Shown here one piece after another: positions 24,831 through 38,625 of a DNA stretch of 64,000 bases. The stretch is from contig CM059433.1 of NCBI GenBank assembly GCA_030390025.1, positions 14,200,001 to 14,264,000 of the forward strand, read 5' to 3'. Position 1 is the stretch's first letter. Each line of letters starts with the position of its first letter. The position numbers were made by a program, and so were the translations under genes. The notes beneath the pieces are model-generated. The model worked only from the letters and a program-made list of their open reading frames with translations. It searched no databases and had not been told where the DNA came from. The DNA is from Squalus acanthias. Taxonomy: Eukaryota.

Positions 24831-24876
24831 GTGAGCAAGGAGGCTCAGTCCGTGTCTCGTGATATTGCTTTCCCAT

Positions 24877-25683
24877 GGGCTGGATTTTGCCAATGGGGAG
24901 CTTGTCGGGTTTTAGTCCCGCCTCCATCAACTTCTGGCCAACCCACGCTATTTTCCCTTGATTGACCTTGTGAAGCCCGCCCAGCGGGCTTAGCAGGCCA
25001 ATTAAGGGGAAGCCAGTTACAGAGAACGTCAGCGTATGACGTTTCATCTGTCAAAAAATTTTGACAGATGAATTGTCATTGTTTGACAGCTCTGTGAAGC
25101 TGTCAAACACTGACATTTTCTGTAGTTTGATGAGTTCTTGAATTCATGACTCATCAAACCACTTTCTTTAGCAGAAATTAGATGGTTGTTGCATTGGAGA
25201 ATGCAGCAGCCATCTGTCATCTCTGCCGTGGAGGTGCGAGACTCTCCGCATCCCCAACTCTTGAAGCCTGCAGGAAGAAACAAAGGTAAGTAAACTTTTT
25301 CGAACACTTCCCCTTAACTCACATACTCACCTCTCCACACTTGCACCCATCACTTGCCTCCACAGCGCACTTCTGCACCCCTCCGACCCCCGCAGACCCA
25401 CTACTCGCCTCGGTGACCCTGGCGGGGTTCGCAGCCTTCGGGAAGCCTGCACTTGTGTGGGTAAAATGGGGATAATTCTCTTATCTGCCTGTGGACTACC
25501 TGTTAACAGGCAGATAAGTGGCTGTAATCCCCTTCCCACCTCCAAGGAGACGGGACCCGGCGCAGGTCAGCTACCCGCCTCCTGGCAAGATGGCACGGGA
25601 TGGGCACCCGCCCCCAGATTCTGTCATTTTCCCAGCAGTCCCACCTCCATACCCGCCTCCCCAGGGCTGGCAAGAACGCGCCC
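24877..25683. mobile_element. Harbinger-type non-autonomous element, family C (related to 4922-6672)
   Basis: Starts GGGCTGGATTTT; TSD CAT; shares ggccaatta..ggaagc...gacgtca..tgacg and ttttgacag motifs with 6470-6570 and 46910-47040. Confidence 0.75.
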
Positions 25684-26644
25684 CATAGAAAAGTGAAATG
25701 AAATGAAATGAGACCCCGCGATGTCTCAGTTGGCAGCAGACTCTCTAATGTGAATGGTGGAGCAAATATCCAGGAATTAGATCGGTGAAAGTAATAGTTG
25801 TAGATGTAGGCATGCATTTTCTAAAAACACGCCTCGTGCAGCAATGACCTTAACCATTGTTGTAGCTGTTCTAACCAGCTCATTCATTTTCTTAAAAAAA
25901 GCTCAGTAAGTTGAGGGATGCCAATGTTGGTGAATGGAACACTTGCCATTCAAAGCAGCTACTCCCAGATCAGGTGTAGCACAATTAGATGCAAACTAAA
26001 GCCTACACTACTCCGCCCTTCACCGGTCGTCCTTAGGCCTGAGTGACATTGCTCATCAATCCAGGTCCCCGACTCGACCTGTCACTCAGCTCCCCACACA
26101 GAGATTTGTTTAAAAGAAAACATCTGCCAATTTTTATTATTAAAAAGAAATACTGAAACAAAGGGGCCAATTTTCCGAGTTTGTGCTGGAGATGGGGCAT
26201 CTCGCCTCTCGCCAGCACATATCATATTACAGGTGCAATGCCCATTATATACACCCATTAAAATCAACGGATGGAAAATCACAGCTTAACCAATATGTTT
26301 TTTTCCTACGGGCAAGGTTCCCCACGAACCCAAAAATCAGGATATCGGTCCCAAAGAGTCAGACACAGAGGAATACAGAGACAACAATGAAGTGTGCGAG
26401 AAGCTGAAAGAGAGAGAGAGATAGAGAGAGATAGACAGAAAGAATGGAAGTCAAATAGAAGGACAAAGGCAAACAAGAAATGATTACAAAATAGAGGATA
26501 GCGAAGAGGTAGTTCCAGGGAGTGAGTCGGAGAGAGACTCTCTTTTTTAACTTTATGGGTTGCGCCAATGGAGATCATCCAGCAATTAAGAGAAAGAAAC
26601 GCTGAAAGAGAACCTGAGTAAGTTTTATCTAATATCTGACAGCA

Positions 26645-27332
26645 GGGCTAAAAATTGTGTTGCGCCCCATTTGGGGCGCTAACTTCGCTGGGACGCTACT
26701 CCTGGAAAAATTAGCGCCCCCGTTCCGGAAATAGAGTGGCTGTGCCCCAAGAGGGAAGCGGGGCGTTACTGGAAGCGCTCCGCATCCCTCTTGGGGCGCT
26801 GTGAGTCAATATCGCAGCGCTATGTGCCGCGGTATTGCAGGCCTTCCTCCCCTTCTTAAAGGGGAGGGGCCTTGCGCAGTGCGACTCGGGGCCCAGCTGG
26901 ACCCCCGGGGATCAGGAGTGCCGGCAAAAGAGCCCGGCACTCAAGAGAAGTGCCGGGCTCTTGGAGCACAGCCGGCACTCCGCAGGGGGAGTGGGGGGGG
27001 GGGGCGGTTCAGGAGGCCGGGGACGGGAGCGCAGGCAGGCGGCCAGCAACAAAAATGGCTGCCCCACACCTCGCCTTTAAATTGCGCCTCCCCGGCCGCA
27101 GGTAGGCCCCTTGACCCCGTCGGACATAGCGTCCAGCGGTAAGTCAGGGGGTGCTCCCGAAGATCGCAGCCGGGGCGCGAGCGGGGCGCTGCGCACGGCG
27201 ATGACGTCATCGCCGGCGGCACAGTGCCGCGGGGCGCTACCGGTTAGCGCCGCCGCTAACCTCCCGCTGAATCTCGCTAGTTGCCCTCTTAGGGCGCTAA
27301 CAGGAGGCGCAAATCACCCCAATTTTTCCCCC
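26645..27332. mobile_element. Harbinger-type MITE (family D)
   Basis: TIRs GGGCTAAAAATTG / CAATTTTTCCCCC; probable TSD CAG; TAGCGCC arrays; related to 63484-64000 and 41704-42434. Confidence 0.8.
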
Positions 27333-30300
27333 CAGGATTCCTCTGTTGGACACTAAATAAAAATATAAAGTAATGTAACGGCATGTAACCTTTTCAGCTT
27401 ATGCAAAGTTAATGTGGAGAATTGCCTAATTCCTGCTGACAAGGTATGTTATTAGCAAATCAGTTTAATTGTTCAAAATGAGAAACTCTGAAAATTAAAA
27501 AAATAAAAATAGCAGGCATAACGATGATCAAGGTTAGAAAATGCCGTCTAGTGGGAACTTTGATTAACAACCTTGAGGGATCATCTTATATAACGTACCA
27601 GAAAGCATCATTAAAGCAATGTAGCATCCATATGATCAGCGAAGGATCTGATTGCAAAGGGAGGTCTGACTACAAAAACATAGCTTTGCACTATACTGTG
27701 AGGATCTGCAAATGTGGATTTAAAAAAAAAGGTCCTTAAAGGGTTGTTTTCAAAAATCTACATAAGAAACAGTTAGACATGTTTAATTTTAATTGACCTA
27801 CATAGAAAAAAATGTAAATTCTTATTGCAAATTTTAGTTATATAGTTTTTCAGACCATCTGCCAGATACGATGGGAATTTCCGAGAATGAAGCAATCTGT
27901 GATTACACCATAAATTACTCAGTTTCGTACCCCGATCTTCCCGTTGAAAAGATACTCTAGAATTTCCTGGAAAAAGTAATTTGGATATGCTGCAGTGAGC
28001 ACAATGGTGAATCAGGGTTCTCAGCAGCAGGGCAGCCAATGGCTTACCCCACCTGCATCAATTAATCAGATCAACATTGGCATGACCAGAGACATAGAAT
28101 TCTGAATTACAGATCCTTTCTCTGTAATGAACTTGATCACTTGCAGAAAATTGTTTGAATTAATTACACGCTCAGCTGTGTAGGTAGAAGACGGCGTTAG
28201 TAATTTAAGCTGCCTACAAAGTCGATGATTAAACAAATGGGGAGCAAAATTGTACTTCATTTTCTGGGTACAAAATGGTGGCAAAATGATCCAATTTCAG
28301 GGGCTATGTATCACGCCCTGAGGCTGCCTAAAATACGTCCAATGTTATATTGGTTCAGGTAATATTCAGGCATCCCTGCTGGCCGCCTAAGACAGATGTT
28401 AGGCCGCTTGCATCTGCTAATGAGGGACCTAATGTCTGTTTAAGGACCCCTCTCCAAAATTGTTCAGAAACTGAGCAGAGCATTGGCCAGGCATGCTACC
28501 CTTGGTTTTTCTGCCTCCTTCTGTGGCCTAACCAGCGGTCCTTAAAAGGACTGCTGGAGGCCGCCAACATAACGGTAAAAGTATACTTTAATATGGGGCT
28601 GTTGTCGGTCCGTGCATGCCCTCCCCGCCCCCCCCCCCCACCCCCCTTCCATTTGCCTCCCCTGCCTCCCTCCTTACCTGAGGGACACTGTCGGCATTCG
28701 CAGCTGGTGCAAATTGGTCCTGTGAAAACAGAAGAGCTAACTCATGAGAGCCGACAGGCATCTGCAGGTCACTGGAATTTTTCAGGATGCGGCCCGAGGC
28801 CTAATTTTGGACGAGCCTCGGGCCTTCGGCTTCTGGTCCGCGTTTGAATATTTTAGGCCCGAAAAACGAGCCAAAATGAATTTCTCGTCCACTATCACTT
28901 TCATCAACGGCATGTTCAGGCACTTCAGTGCCCTACACCATGTACACAGTATAAACTGAATCTAACATGACTTAGAAGAGGTGCTTTGATGGGTTTTTCC
29001 TAAGAATTAAAAATATCATGGAAGAGCAGTGATTTTATCTTGTGAATTTAAACACAGTCACCTGTGCCATTATTTTTCAGTCTAAGTATCTGCAAATAGA
29101 AAAACGGCGTAAACCCAGGAAATGTACAATTGCCATTGACTGAACTGGGAGGGCGGAGCTATGATAATCAATTCTGCACAGTTTCAGCGAGTGTATTGGC
29201 GGAACAGCGCAAAAGTCCCAGGAATTTATGGCGCGGTGTAACTCGATTACCCCATAACCTCCTGGTACTTGTACAGTGTAAAATGAGCCCAGTGCCATAG
29301 ATGTGCAAGCCTCCAGGAAATTTTAGGCCACAGTATAGTCAGCAGGCCCTTAGATTGTAGGCTGACCTGAGTCTGAGGTGCAGCGACAACAGAGCTCTGT
29401 GAATTCGTGCTTTGATAAATGTGCAGAACTCAAATCCTTAGGTGGTTCATTTTTATTGTTCGGACAATGCCATGTGAGCCTCAGCCCTCACTTAATATTC
29501 AAGATATTGAATAATAAGTTCATTGAGTTCCAACGGACTGCCTGAGCATTTTACAAATGTGGCTGGAACTGTAGGAGACCCAGGGTGAGATTTTTTTTTT
29601 TGAAGGGGTCTCATCCTACTTGACTTTAGTGCACTCAAGGACCTGACATCCAAGCATACAGACACCTTTGTGATGATGTGCACCCAAAGCCTGAGGCAAA
29701 AACCGCAAGTATAATTACACTCTAAATTTCCAGAATAAGCTCAAAGGGGGAAAGAAACTATCACATAACTTCAATGTCAAATTGAAAGCCTTTTAAATGA
29801 ATAAAGTAAATCATAGGCTCGAGTTAGATTGTATGAGGGGAAAGTTAATTAATATACATTCCCTTGTGGAATAAAAATTTGCAAAGATGAAACTTAACAC
29901 ACAGCTGAATTTTTTGAAAAGAAACACTGAAGTAATTGGATAAATCTTCACCTTTGTCTCCATGAGAGATGCCAACCAGCATCTTCATCACCACATGTAT
30001 TTCCATAAAGTACCTGATTAAGATTTATTCACTCATCGCGCTGAGCTCTATTTCCTGCTGGCCCTTTGCCATTATCAGGCTAACTACATTTATGTTTAAT
30101 GTATCATCTCATCAAATGACTGATCAAGGATGCAGGTGTCATTTTAAGCACTTGTTGGGGTCTAAATCATCGGGCGGAGGAAGGGATGGAAAGAAAGACT
30201 TCCATTTCTAGAGTACCTTTCACCACTTCAAGACTTCCCAAGGTGCTTTACAGCCAATTATGCACTTTCTGTAGTGTAGTCAGTGTTGTAATGTCAGAAA

Positions 30301-30336
30301 CGCAGCAGCCAATTTGATCACAGCAAGCTCCCACAA

Positions 30337-30566
30337 TAAGAACATAAGAAATAGGAGCAGGTGTAGGCCATTCGGCCCCTCGAGCCTGCTCCGCCATTCA
30401 ATAAGATCATGGCTGATCTGATCTTGGCCTCAATGCCACTTTCCCGCCCACTCCCCATAACCCTTGACTCCCCTGTAGCTCAAATATCTGTCTATCTCTG
30501 CCTTGAATATATTCAATGACTCCGCCTCCACAGCTCTCTGGGGTAGAGAATTCCAAAGATTCACGA
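30337..30566 (-). mobile_element. CR1 LINE 3' end
   Basis: CR1 tail; TSD CCCACAA (30330-30336, 30567-30573). Confidence 0.88.
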
Positions 30567-30577
30567 CCCACAAACAG

Positions 30578-30970
30578 CAACAACAACTTGTATTTATATA
30601 GCGCCTTTAATGTAGTAAAGCATCCCAAGGTGCTGCAGAGGAGTATTATAAGAGAAAAAAAATTGACACCGAGCCACATAAGGAGAAATTAGGGCAGGTG
30701 ACCGAAAGCTTGGTCAAAGAGGTAGGTTTTAAGGAGCGTCTTAAAGGAGGAAAGAGAGGTAGCGAGGTGGAGAGGCTTAGGCAGGGAATTCCAGAGCTTA
30801 CGGAAGGCACGACCACCAATGGTTGAGCGATTATAATCAGGGATGCTCAAGAGGGCAGAATTAGAGGAGCGCAGATATCTCGGGGGGGTTGTGGGGCTGA
30901 AGGAGATTACAGAGATAGGGAGGGGCGAGGCCATGGAGGGATTTGAAAACAAGGATGAGAATTTTAAAAT
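30578..30970 (-). mobile_element. L2 LINE 3' fragment
   Basis: RYLRSSNSALLSIPDYNRSTIGGRAF..LWNSLPKPLHLATSLSSFKTLLKTYLFDQAF plus (ttg)n tail. Confidence 0.88.
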
Positions 30971-31649
30971 GAAATAAATGTCCAGATCATCTGTTTTAGG
31001 TGTTGGTTGAGGGATAAATATTGACCAGGACACAGGGAAGAACTCCCCTACTCCTCTTCGAGTGGTGCCGTGGGATATTTTAGCTCCTCCTGTGAGGGCA
31101 GATGGAGCCTCAGTTTAATGTCACATCCAAAAGTCGGCACCTCCAACAGTACAGCGCTACTGAAGTGTCAGCTCGGATTATGTGATCACATCAATGCTGT
31201 GGAACTTGAACTCACAACCTTCTGACGCAGAGGGAAGAGTGCTACCACTGAGCCACAGTTTACACTAAATACACTGAGAGAGGGGTCGGAAATGGGTTCA
31301 TATCTGCAATCTTCAATATCCTGAATTACTGATCCTAGGTGTGACACATTTCTGACCAGAGCCCAGGGCTTTTCTGCTGGGAGAAAAGGGAGGAAAGGGT
31401 GCAGAGAACGTGATCAGAGGCCAATCTTTGGCACTTCCTTGCAGTTGTTTTCCGAGTAGCACAGGTGGAGGCCTGGGATCAGGCAGCCTACCTGCCCTCT
31501 TGGTTAACAATGTGAACTTTGCGGGAAGATCCAAGAAAGATGAAGAGGAAAAAAATGCATTAAAGTGGGAAGAGAATTCCAAAGTGGATGGGTGAGACGG
31601 TGGTAAGGTCTGACACAACGGGTGGAGTCGGAGGTGTGGGCAGGACCCG

Positions 31650-33110
31650 TACAGTATGGTCAAGTTTGGAGAAGCAAAGGGTCCAAGTGGGAATGTAATG
31701 ATGGAAGCGATTTCAGTGGTAGGGCAAAGCAAACCATGGAGGTATTTGTACATTAATACGAGGATATGGAAATCAATGCATTGGGGAATGGGGATCCAAT
31801 GGAGATTGGTAAGAATAGTAAGAAGGACAGAATGTGGGAGGAGTTATGGATTACTTAGCATCTATGCAGGATGAAGCTCAGGAGGCCGTCAAGGAGAATA
31901 TTGGAGAAATTGGTATGGATGTGGGTGTCAATGGCAGAGACATGAAATAGGGATGGAGATGGGCAATATTAAGGAAGCAGAAATGGGCAGCCTTGGTGAT
32001 GGACTGAATGTAGAGTTTGAAGCTCAGTTCTGGATTGATAAGGACAATAAAATGATACATTGCCAAGTTCAGGTTAAATAAACTTTGTGGGAGGCGATAG
32101 AATCAGGTGTTAAGTTATAAAGTTTCTGCTGAGAACTGTTCGGAACAATAGGTTTTATTATAGAATTAATTTTATGTTCAGGATTCCATTTTGTGGTTAA
32201 AAGACAATTTTTGCAGAATCTATTGAAACAGACGATATCTGTAGAATGAGATAAGACAACCACCAAGGGCCCTTTGCAATGCTGTACCAACTGTTGTGAT
32301 ATATGATAGACTTGTATATTTCTAACATTCTAATAAATACATCTATCTGTTGGACAATTATGTGTTTATCTTTTCTGTATATATACAGGTTTTTATATGT
32401 GACCTACTCTCTGGAATGCTAAGCTGAAGTAAGTTAGCGTAAACCAAGAGTGAAGGTCATGGAGACAGTAAGATATAATGGCCTTTTAGTAATAGGATAA
32501 AAGCAATTCCATTGTCACAGAAGTTCAGGAAGACCTGGGGGCTAATTACCCTGCAACTGAGCTCAGCAACTGTAACTCGAGGTCTTGCACAGCCTTCAGA
32601 TTATCGTGTGTGTAGTCTGTGAGTATAATTCCCTCTAATAAAATCCATAAGCAAAGACTCTGCACCTAGTACTTTAATTCCTGGCACAGAGATGACAGCT
32701 CCAGGCTTGTCTCTCTCGCTGTATTGGTTAACAAGAACCAAACAGGATGACTTCATTCATGCCACCATAGAGTGGCAGGAAATTCTGGCTACATGACCTA
32801 ATGTTGGGAAAATAGTCAGACAGCACAGTAACAGTTGTGTAATCGAGGGTGGTGGTGGGGAGGTAAAGCTGGTTATTGGGTGGGGGAGGGCCAATAATGG
32901 AACCTCGGGGCACATCAGGAGGTGACTGTGCAGGCGTGAGAGGAGTAACCATTGTAGATGTGCTGATTACGTTGCGATAGTTAGGAATGGCATCATTTCT
33001 GAGCAGTGCCAAGTACTTGGATGACTGTCGAGATACGGTGGAAAAGGACAACATGGTTGACTATGTTAAATGGCGGGGACAGGCCTAGGTCTACCTCAGA
33101 TTTGCTAGAA
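31650..33110 (-). mobile_element. Old L2 LINE remnants (31650-32070, 32725-33110)
   Basis: NPELSFKLYIQSITKAAHFCFLNIAHLHPY and VPRGSIIGP are degenerate L2 RT motifs. Confidence 0.6.
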
Positions 33111-33140
33111 CATTTGCAGAGTCTGATCTTTGGCAACAAT

Positions 33141-33899
33141 GGCCCGTATTTTCCGATCAGAGGCTTCCTGCGAGCGGAGGCCTCCGATCTGGAAAAACTC
33201 TATGAACTTACCTGAGGGCTCCCAAGGTGCATATACTTCAGCTCCTGGGCCTCTCCAACTCGAAATGCGCAGGGCCCACGTATCCCAGAGGCGCAGGCAG
33301 TTCGCAAGCGTCCCTGGGATCACGTGGGCCATGGGGAGCCAATCGGAGAAGGGAATCTCCCTTCATACACTTGACAGATAGACCTGTCAAATATATGAAT
33401 GGAGATCACCCCAAAAACACAGTAAAACATTAAATAATTATTTTTAAAAACATCACATTTTTAAAATGAGTTGAAATTACAATAAATTAAATATTTTAAA
33501 CAAAAAAATTTATTTTTTGAAAAAAATATTTAAAGTTTTTTACGGGGCTAAAAATAAACTTACCTTTTTTAAAAGTATTTTTAAATTATAAATGAGTGAA
33601 ATTAAAAAAAAAACTTTTTTCAACTCTTATGCTGGTAAAAGCAGGCCTCACGCATGCTTTTACCAGGCGTAAGATTTCTAAGGATTTTCAGCGGGCGGAG
33701 GTTCTGCAGAAAGCGGAACTCTCCCCCCGCAGAGGCCCTTCTCCAGGGCAGGCATCCGATCTGTCGAGAGCATTCTTGACAGATCGGAAATACCGGTTTT
33801 CAGCGCATGTGCTTCGCTTGCCTGAAACCGGCATTTCCGATGTCCCTACGGGTGGGTACACAGCGCGTACACACCTGTAGGCATCGCAATATACGGCCC
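33141..33899 (+). mobile_element. Harbinger-type MITE family B (divergent)
   Basis: TIRs GGCCCGTATTTT / AATATACGGCCC; perfect TSD AAT. Confidence 0.88.
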
Positions 33900-34351
33900 A
33901 ATATAAAAATAAATCCCAGTGAAATTCTACACTGTGCAACTCTTCAAGAATGTTGACTTTCAACCACATTTAAACAGTGCTGTGCCTAATTAGAATCTTT
34001 CTCCTGAAAACTAAAACCATCAAAACAGTCTCTCTAGAAGCACTTCCAAAAATAATTAAAGAAATTGAAGAGTCAGCTGGAGTTGCAACACGCTGAAAAG
34101 AATAAAGTCCGTTGAAGCAAACTGGCTGCAGAACCAGCTGAATTCCGACCGCTATTTAATTATTGCTTCTGGATTCCCCGGCTTTTCTTTATAATTTTCA
34201 GGAAGGGTCCAGACTCCTGTTATTTTCAGCAATCCTAGTCGATGCTACTCTGATCCAAACAAGGGAAAGAAAGCTCCAATAAGTTCACAGTGAAAAGGGA
34301 GGCCCTACTGGAGGAGAGGAATGGAAAGAGAGGGAGAGGGAGAGAGATACC

Positions 34352-35171
34352 GGGGTAAAATTTCAGTTGGTTAGCACCTCCCGTTAGCGCCTCCGGGGGG
34401 GGTGGCGCTGGGAACTTAGCGCCCGAGCGCGGCGATTTTAGCGGCGCTCGCAAAATTGACCAATCGTTGTGCGGCGGCGCTAAACACTACCGCCACGATC
34501 TCCTGCGCCAGCAGATCGTGATGTCAGTCGAGCATGCAACGCCCCAGTAGCGCCCCGGACCCGATATTGAGTCGCACCCCCTGCCTTAGCGCCTGCCGCT
34601 AGGCACGACAGGTAGAGGGGAACGTTTTCAAGGCGGGAAGGGGCTGGGGGAGCGCTATTTAAAAGCGGGCGCTTCCTGCCTTTTCTTGTCGGCAAAATCT
34701 TTGGTACACGCAAGCTGAGAGGGAGAGAGACGTTTGGAGAGATTTAACGCTGTCCTAAGGAGTTTTGGCCCTCAGCACAACTTTTGAGGTTCCTAAGCGC
34801 CGAGCTCTTTCCCTGGGCCTATCCATTAGTGCTTACAGCACAATTGCTTTAGAGGTCTCTTCAGGCCGAGATTCAAGGCTGCAATGAGCAGGGAGTGGTT
34901 GGCCAGCAAGATGGCCCCTTCCCTTTAAGAACTGGACGGTGCCAGTCTGTCTGGTTTCCATGGTAACTGACATCGTCTGAGCTTCGGTAGTTTCTGAGGT
35001 AGCGCCTCACTCCCCGACGTTAGCGCCTTATGAGAGGTGTGTAGCGCCTGATTTAGCGCTCAAATCACCTCCAGGGGCGATAGAAGCAAACTTTGCAGTC
35101 GGAGGCGATAGTTAGCGCCGAGTGCTAAACTTTGCGCCCGGCCGATATTAGCGATACCCAATTTTTCCCCC
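34352..35171 (+). mobile_element. Harbinger-type MITE family A (divergent subfamily)
   Basis: Collinear with 57487-58388; GGGGTAAAATTTCAG...AATTTTTCCCCC. Confidence 0.85.
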
Positions 35172-35935
35172 ACCCTATTTTGGGGGGCAGAGGGTAGTGG
35201 GGAGAGAGAGAGAGAGAATGACACTGTTGCAGAGAAGGGATAGAAAAAAAAATGGTATTGTCAAGGAGGGAGGAAGAGGCCCTGTTACCAGAAGGCTACA
35301 TTTTTAATTGTAATTTTTTTTGCTTCATAGTCTGTCAGTCATTGAGAGGCGAGTCGTGCCAAAACATGGCACTCGGACCGAGATTAAATGTTTAACTGCT
35401 CCAGTAGAGTTCAAGATGTCATTCCACGAGTTTGAGTCCATGCGGAGCCTTCAGGCTGGAGTCAAGTTGCAAAATGAACTTGTTTCACCCTTAAATGTCA
35501 CCGTAACATGGCACAACCAGGAAGAGAAACATCTGAAGATGCTACAGGCATTGAGCATTAACCTCGCCCCTTCAATGAGCAATGGAATCCAATCTATATC
35601 AAGATTACTGTAACAAACTTTGTGTGTGCCTCCTACTCAGGGATACTGTGAGTATAAATACCACCAACTTTCTCCTCCTTTCTAATTAACATAATCTTTT
35701 ATGGGAGATAAGAGGAATGTGAGAGAGAGAGAGAGAGCGCAAGAGCAAGAGAGAATTCCAGTTTGGGCAGGGAATAAGATCTCAAGGTTTTGGCGGCCAA
35801 GAAAACATGACGTAAGACGAAGCCAGATATGACCAAGGTAAGACTAGACAAAACAATTGTCACAGTAAATTTACTTAGCGATGGCAACTGTTGAAAAGAA
35901 ATGATTAGTTCTGTCCAGTGGGGAAGTATACAGCA

Positions 35936-36007
35936 TCCCTGGTGGTCTAATGGTTAGCTTTCTGCGATTTCACTGCCACGGCCCGGGTTTGATTCCCGGT
36001 CAAGGAA
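35936..36007 (+). pseudogene. tRNA-Glu(TTC) pseudogene fused to a CR1 3' tail
   Basis: TCCCTGGTGGTCTAATGGTTAG...TTC (35969-35971)...CCGGGTTTGATTCCCGGTCAAGGAA aligns end to end with vertebrate tRNA-Glu. Mutations in the D arm, anticodon stem and T loop argue against function. Confidence 0.88.
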
Positions 36008-37527
36008 CATGACTTTCTCTGGCACAGGCGCGATGGGCTGAATGGCCTCCTTCTGTGCTGTATCATTCTATGGGTAATTTTACAGGTCCATTCCGCCGAT
36101 GGGAAGCTTTGCCCAACGAGAACACAAATTGGAAATTTCAACACGCGCTCCCCAAAATGTTCTGACCATTTGTCGGCAGCGAGCGGCTGAATGTCCGACT
36201 CACACCTGGGGGTCGGTGGGACTCGCCTTCGGCAATGCCAGCTCACAAAATTAGCCCCCGATCGTGAACCATACTGACACGTCAAGGAGTTCGGATAAAC
36301 TGTAAAATGTGAGACTGAAGCTCAAGCACTTTTATGGCATAATACAAACACTCCATGTGTTATATTCTTAATTCATGAGTGAGTTAATAAATTAATTGGC
36401 TGACAGATTACAGTAGTTAGTTTCAAATGGACGGTAGGCTCTCACAATTTAAATGCCTGATTTGAACTGAAGTGAGGTTCTGTAATGTGATTCAAACTGC
36501 AGTGACACTGAGTTTTAATTCATTACACAGTACAAGGGAACAGAATATCTGAATTAATAACTGATAAGGAGAAAGTGGCTGCTACACAATAACTTGAAGG
36601 TTATGCACAGGGATTGGAGGGTTGTTTGGTGGTTGAGTTATATAAATCAATGTCAAACATTTGCTTTATCTTTACAACAGTGAGTGTACTTTGTTAATTT
36701 ATGTGTAAAATCACATTTTTCTGTTTAGATTCTTCATGTGGCTTTTTCCCCTCCAAACGTCATCCTTCATCTAGGATTAGTGTGGCGATCCAACCCATCC
36801 CATAGTCTGTTCCATTCTAGCTGACAGAAGGCATGCATGAACAGTGAGGAATAGATGGGCCACCCCAGTGCTGTTCTGCCTGAGGTGCAATGCTTCATTA
36901 TTGCAAGGCGTTCTAGTCAGCTGCCTGGCTGGATCGAAAAAGCCAATTGAGGATGGCAGGTTTGAGTGACAAGCATTGCACATTCACTAATCACTGATCA
37001 GCTTTCTGTGCCTTTGTGGTTTCATATTAGTCGTTCATCAATGTTGACATGGATCTGTTTCACTGTGCAAAGAATCGAAAACTCACTCGGATGCTGTTTT
37101 TTCCACACTGTTTTCACTGGAACAACATGAATGATAATATTCTGACAATGTCCAACATCTAACCTCCCCCAACCCCATTTTCTCCCTCAAAAGATTCTGG
37201 CACCATGTTCCACTAGGCCTCTTGACTCAGAAGGTTGTCAGATGTGCAATAGGACCTCTCCATTGTTAAAACTGCCTCCAGGAAGCTCAGTTTCCTCTTT
37301 TGTGACAAAAATGTCTTCGCCCCTCAATAACCTTTACTCTTTATAAAGCCCAACACTGTCCGAGACTTAACTAATGGTTCCATATTTAGGATTCACTTCC
37401 AGAACCTCCCCCACACTCCTGGATAGGATACAAGTGTAAGATTGCTATCCAGTCGGAAAGGCTCCAACTCTTTCTCCCTTGCAATCTTCTTTGTCTCCTT
37501 CTCTCTCCTTCTTCTTTATTGAAGCTA

Positions 37528-37800
37528 TTACGAACATACGAACAATGACGGACAGGAAAAGACCCTCTGGTCCGTCCAACCTGTCCCACACAATTGTAAC
37601 GCTTTGTGCGTCGCAATACCTCCACCCCACCCAAAACCAGATGATCTCCTGGGAGAGGCAGGAAATCAGATAAAAACACAAGCTAATGTGGCAGGGGTGG
37701 GGGGAAAGATCTGTGAAATTCCTCTCCAAACCCCGCCTTAGGCGATCAAAACTAATCCAGGTGATAACTCTGGTCCTGAAAATTCTCTGCAGTACCTACC
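37528..37800 (-). mobile_element. Probable LINE (CR1-type) 3'UTR of another family
   Basis: 8-bp tail repeat (tacgaaca)2 and terminal stem-loop gacggac...gtccgtc. Confidence 0.5.
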
Positions 37801-38149
37801 TGCCTTTATTACCTTATGGTAAATAGATTCTCTGAACTTTCTACTCTTATTCCTCCTAAATTCCAAATATGCTGCTTACACGCTCCTTCTTCTCTCTATA
37901 TTCACTACATCGGCTGTATGGTGCTTTGGGACATCCTAAGCTCGTGAAAGGCGCTATATAAATGCAAGTTCTTTCTTTCTTCTTTATATTGAAACTGTGT
38001 AAATTTTGAAGGCCAGGTCTCATCAGCATCAGGACGGTAGGTTGTGGCTAGAAAGCAAGTGCCCCCAGGGCAGCCCCACCAGCTCTGGGCAACTGCAATA
38101 TCAGGCAGCCAAAGAAGGTAGGTCCATGAGATGGGCACGATGTCTGGGA

Positions 38150-38625
38150 AGATTCACCAGACTGATACCTGGGATGGCAGGGATGACGTATGAAGAGAGA
38201 TTGGGACGATTGGGCTTGTATTCGCTAGAGTTTAGAAGAATGAGAGGGGATCTTATTGAAACTTATAAAATTCTAACAGGACTAGACAGACTAGATGCAG
38301 GAAGGATGTTCCCGATGGCGGGGGAGTCCAGAACCAGGGGTCACAGTCTAAGGATAAGGGGTAAGCCATTTAGGACTGAGATGAGGAGGAATTTCTTCAC
38401 CATGATAGTGGTGAACCTGTGGCATTCTCTACCACAGAAGGCAGTTGAGGCCAATTCATTAACTAGATTCAAGAAGGAGTTAGATATATTTCTTCAGGCT
38501 AAAGGGATCAAGGGATATGGGGAGAAAGCAGGGACAGGGTACTGAATTTGGATGATCAGCCATGATCTCATTAAATGGCGGAGCAGGCTCGAGGGGCCGA
38601 ATGGCCTACTCCTGCTCCTATCTTC
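38150..38625 (+). mobile_element. CR1 LINE 3' fragment nested in a decayed MITE
   Basis: RFTRLIPGMAGMTYEERLGRLGLYSLEFRRMRGDLIETYKIL plus 3'UTR. Confidence 0.92.

Larger units (their letters stand above)
30190..31258 (-). mobile_element. SacSINE1-like SINE with nested CR1 and L2 insertions
   Basis: SINE pieces 30190-30336, 30567-30580 and 30976-31258 are collinear with 3717-4193. Confidence 0.8.

Noticed and set aside
35936..36007. Functional tRNA-Glu gene
   Set aside because: Mismatches in the anticodon and acceptor stems, TTC to TTT in the T loop, and no oligo-T terminator; it is fused to a LINE tail.
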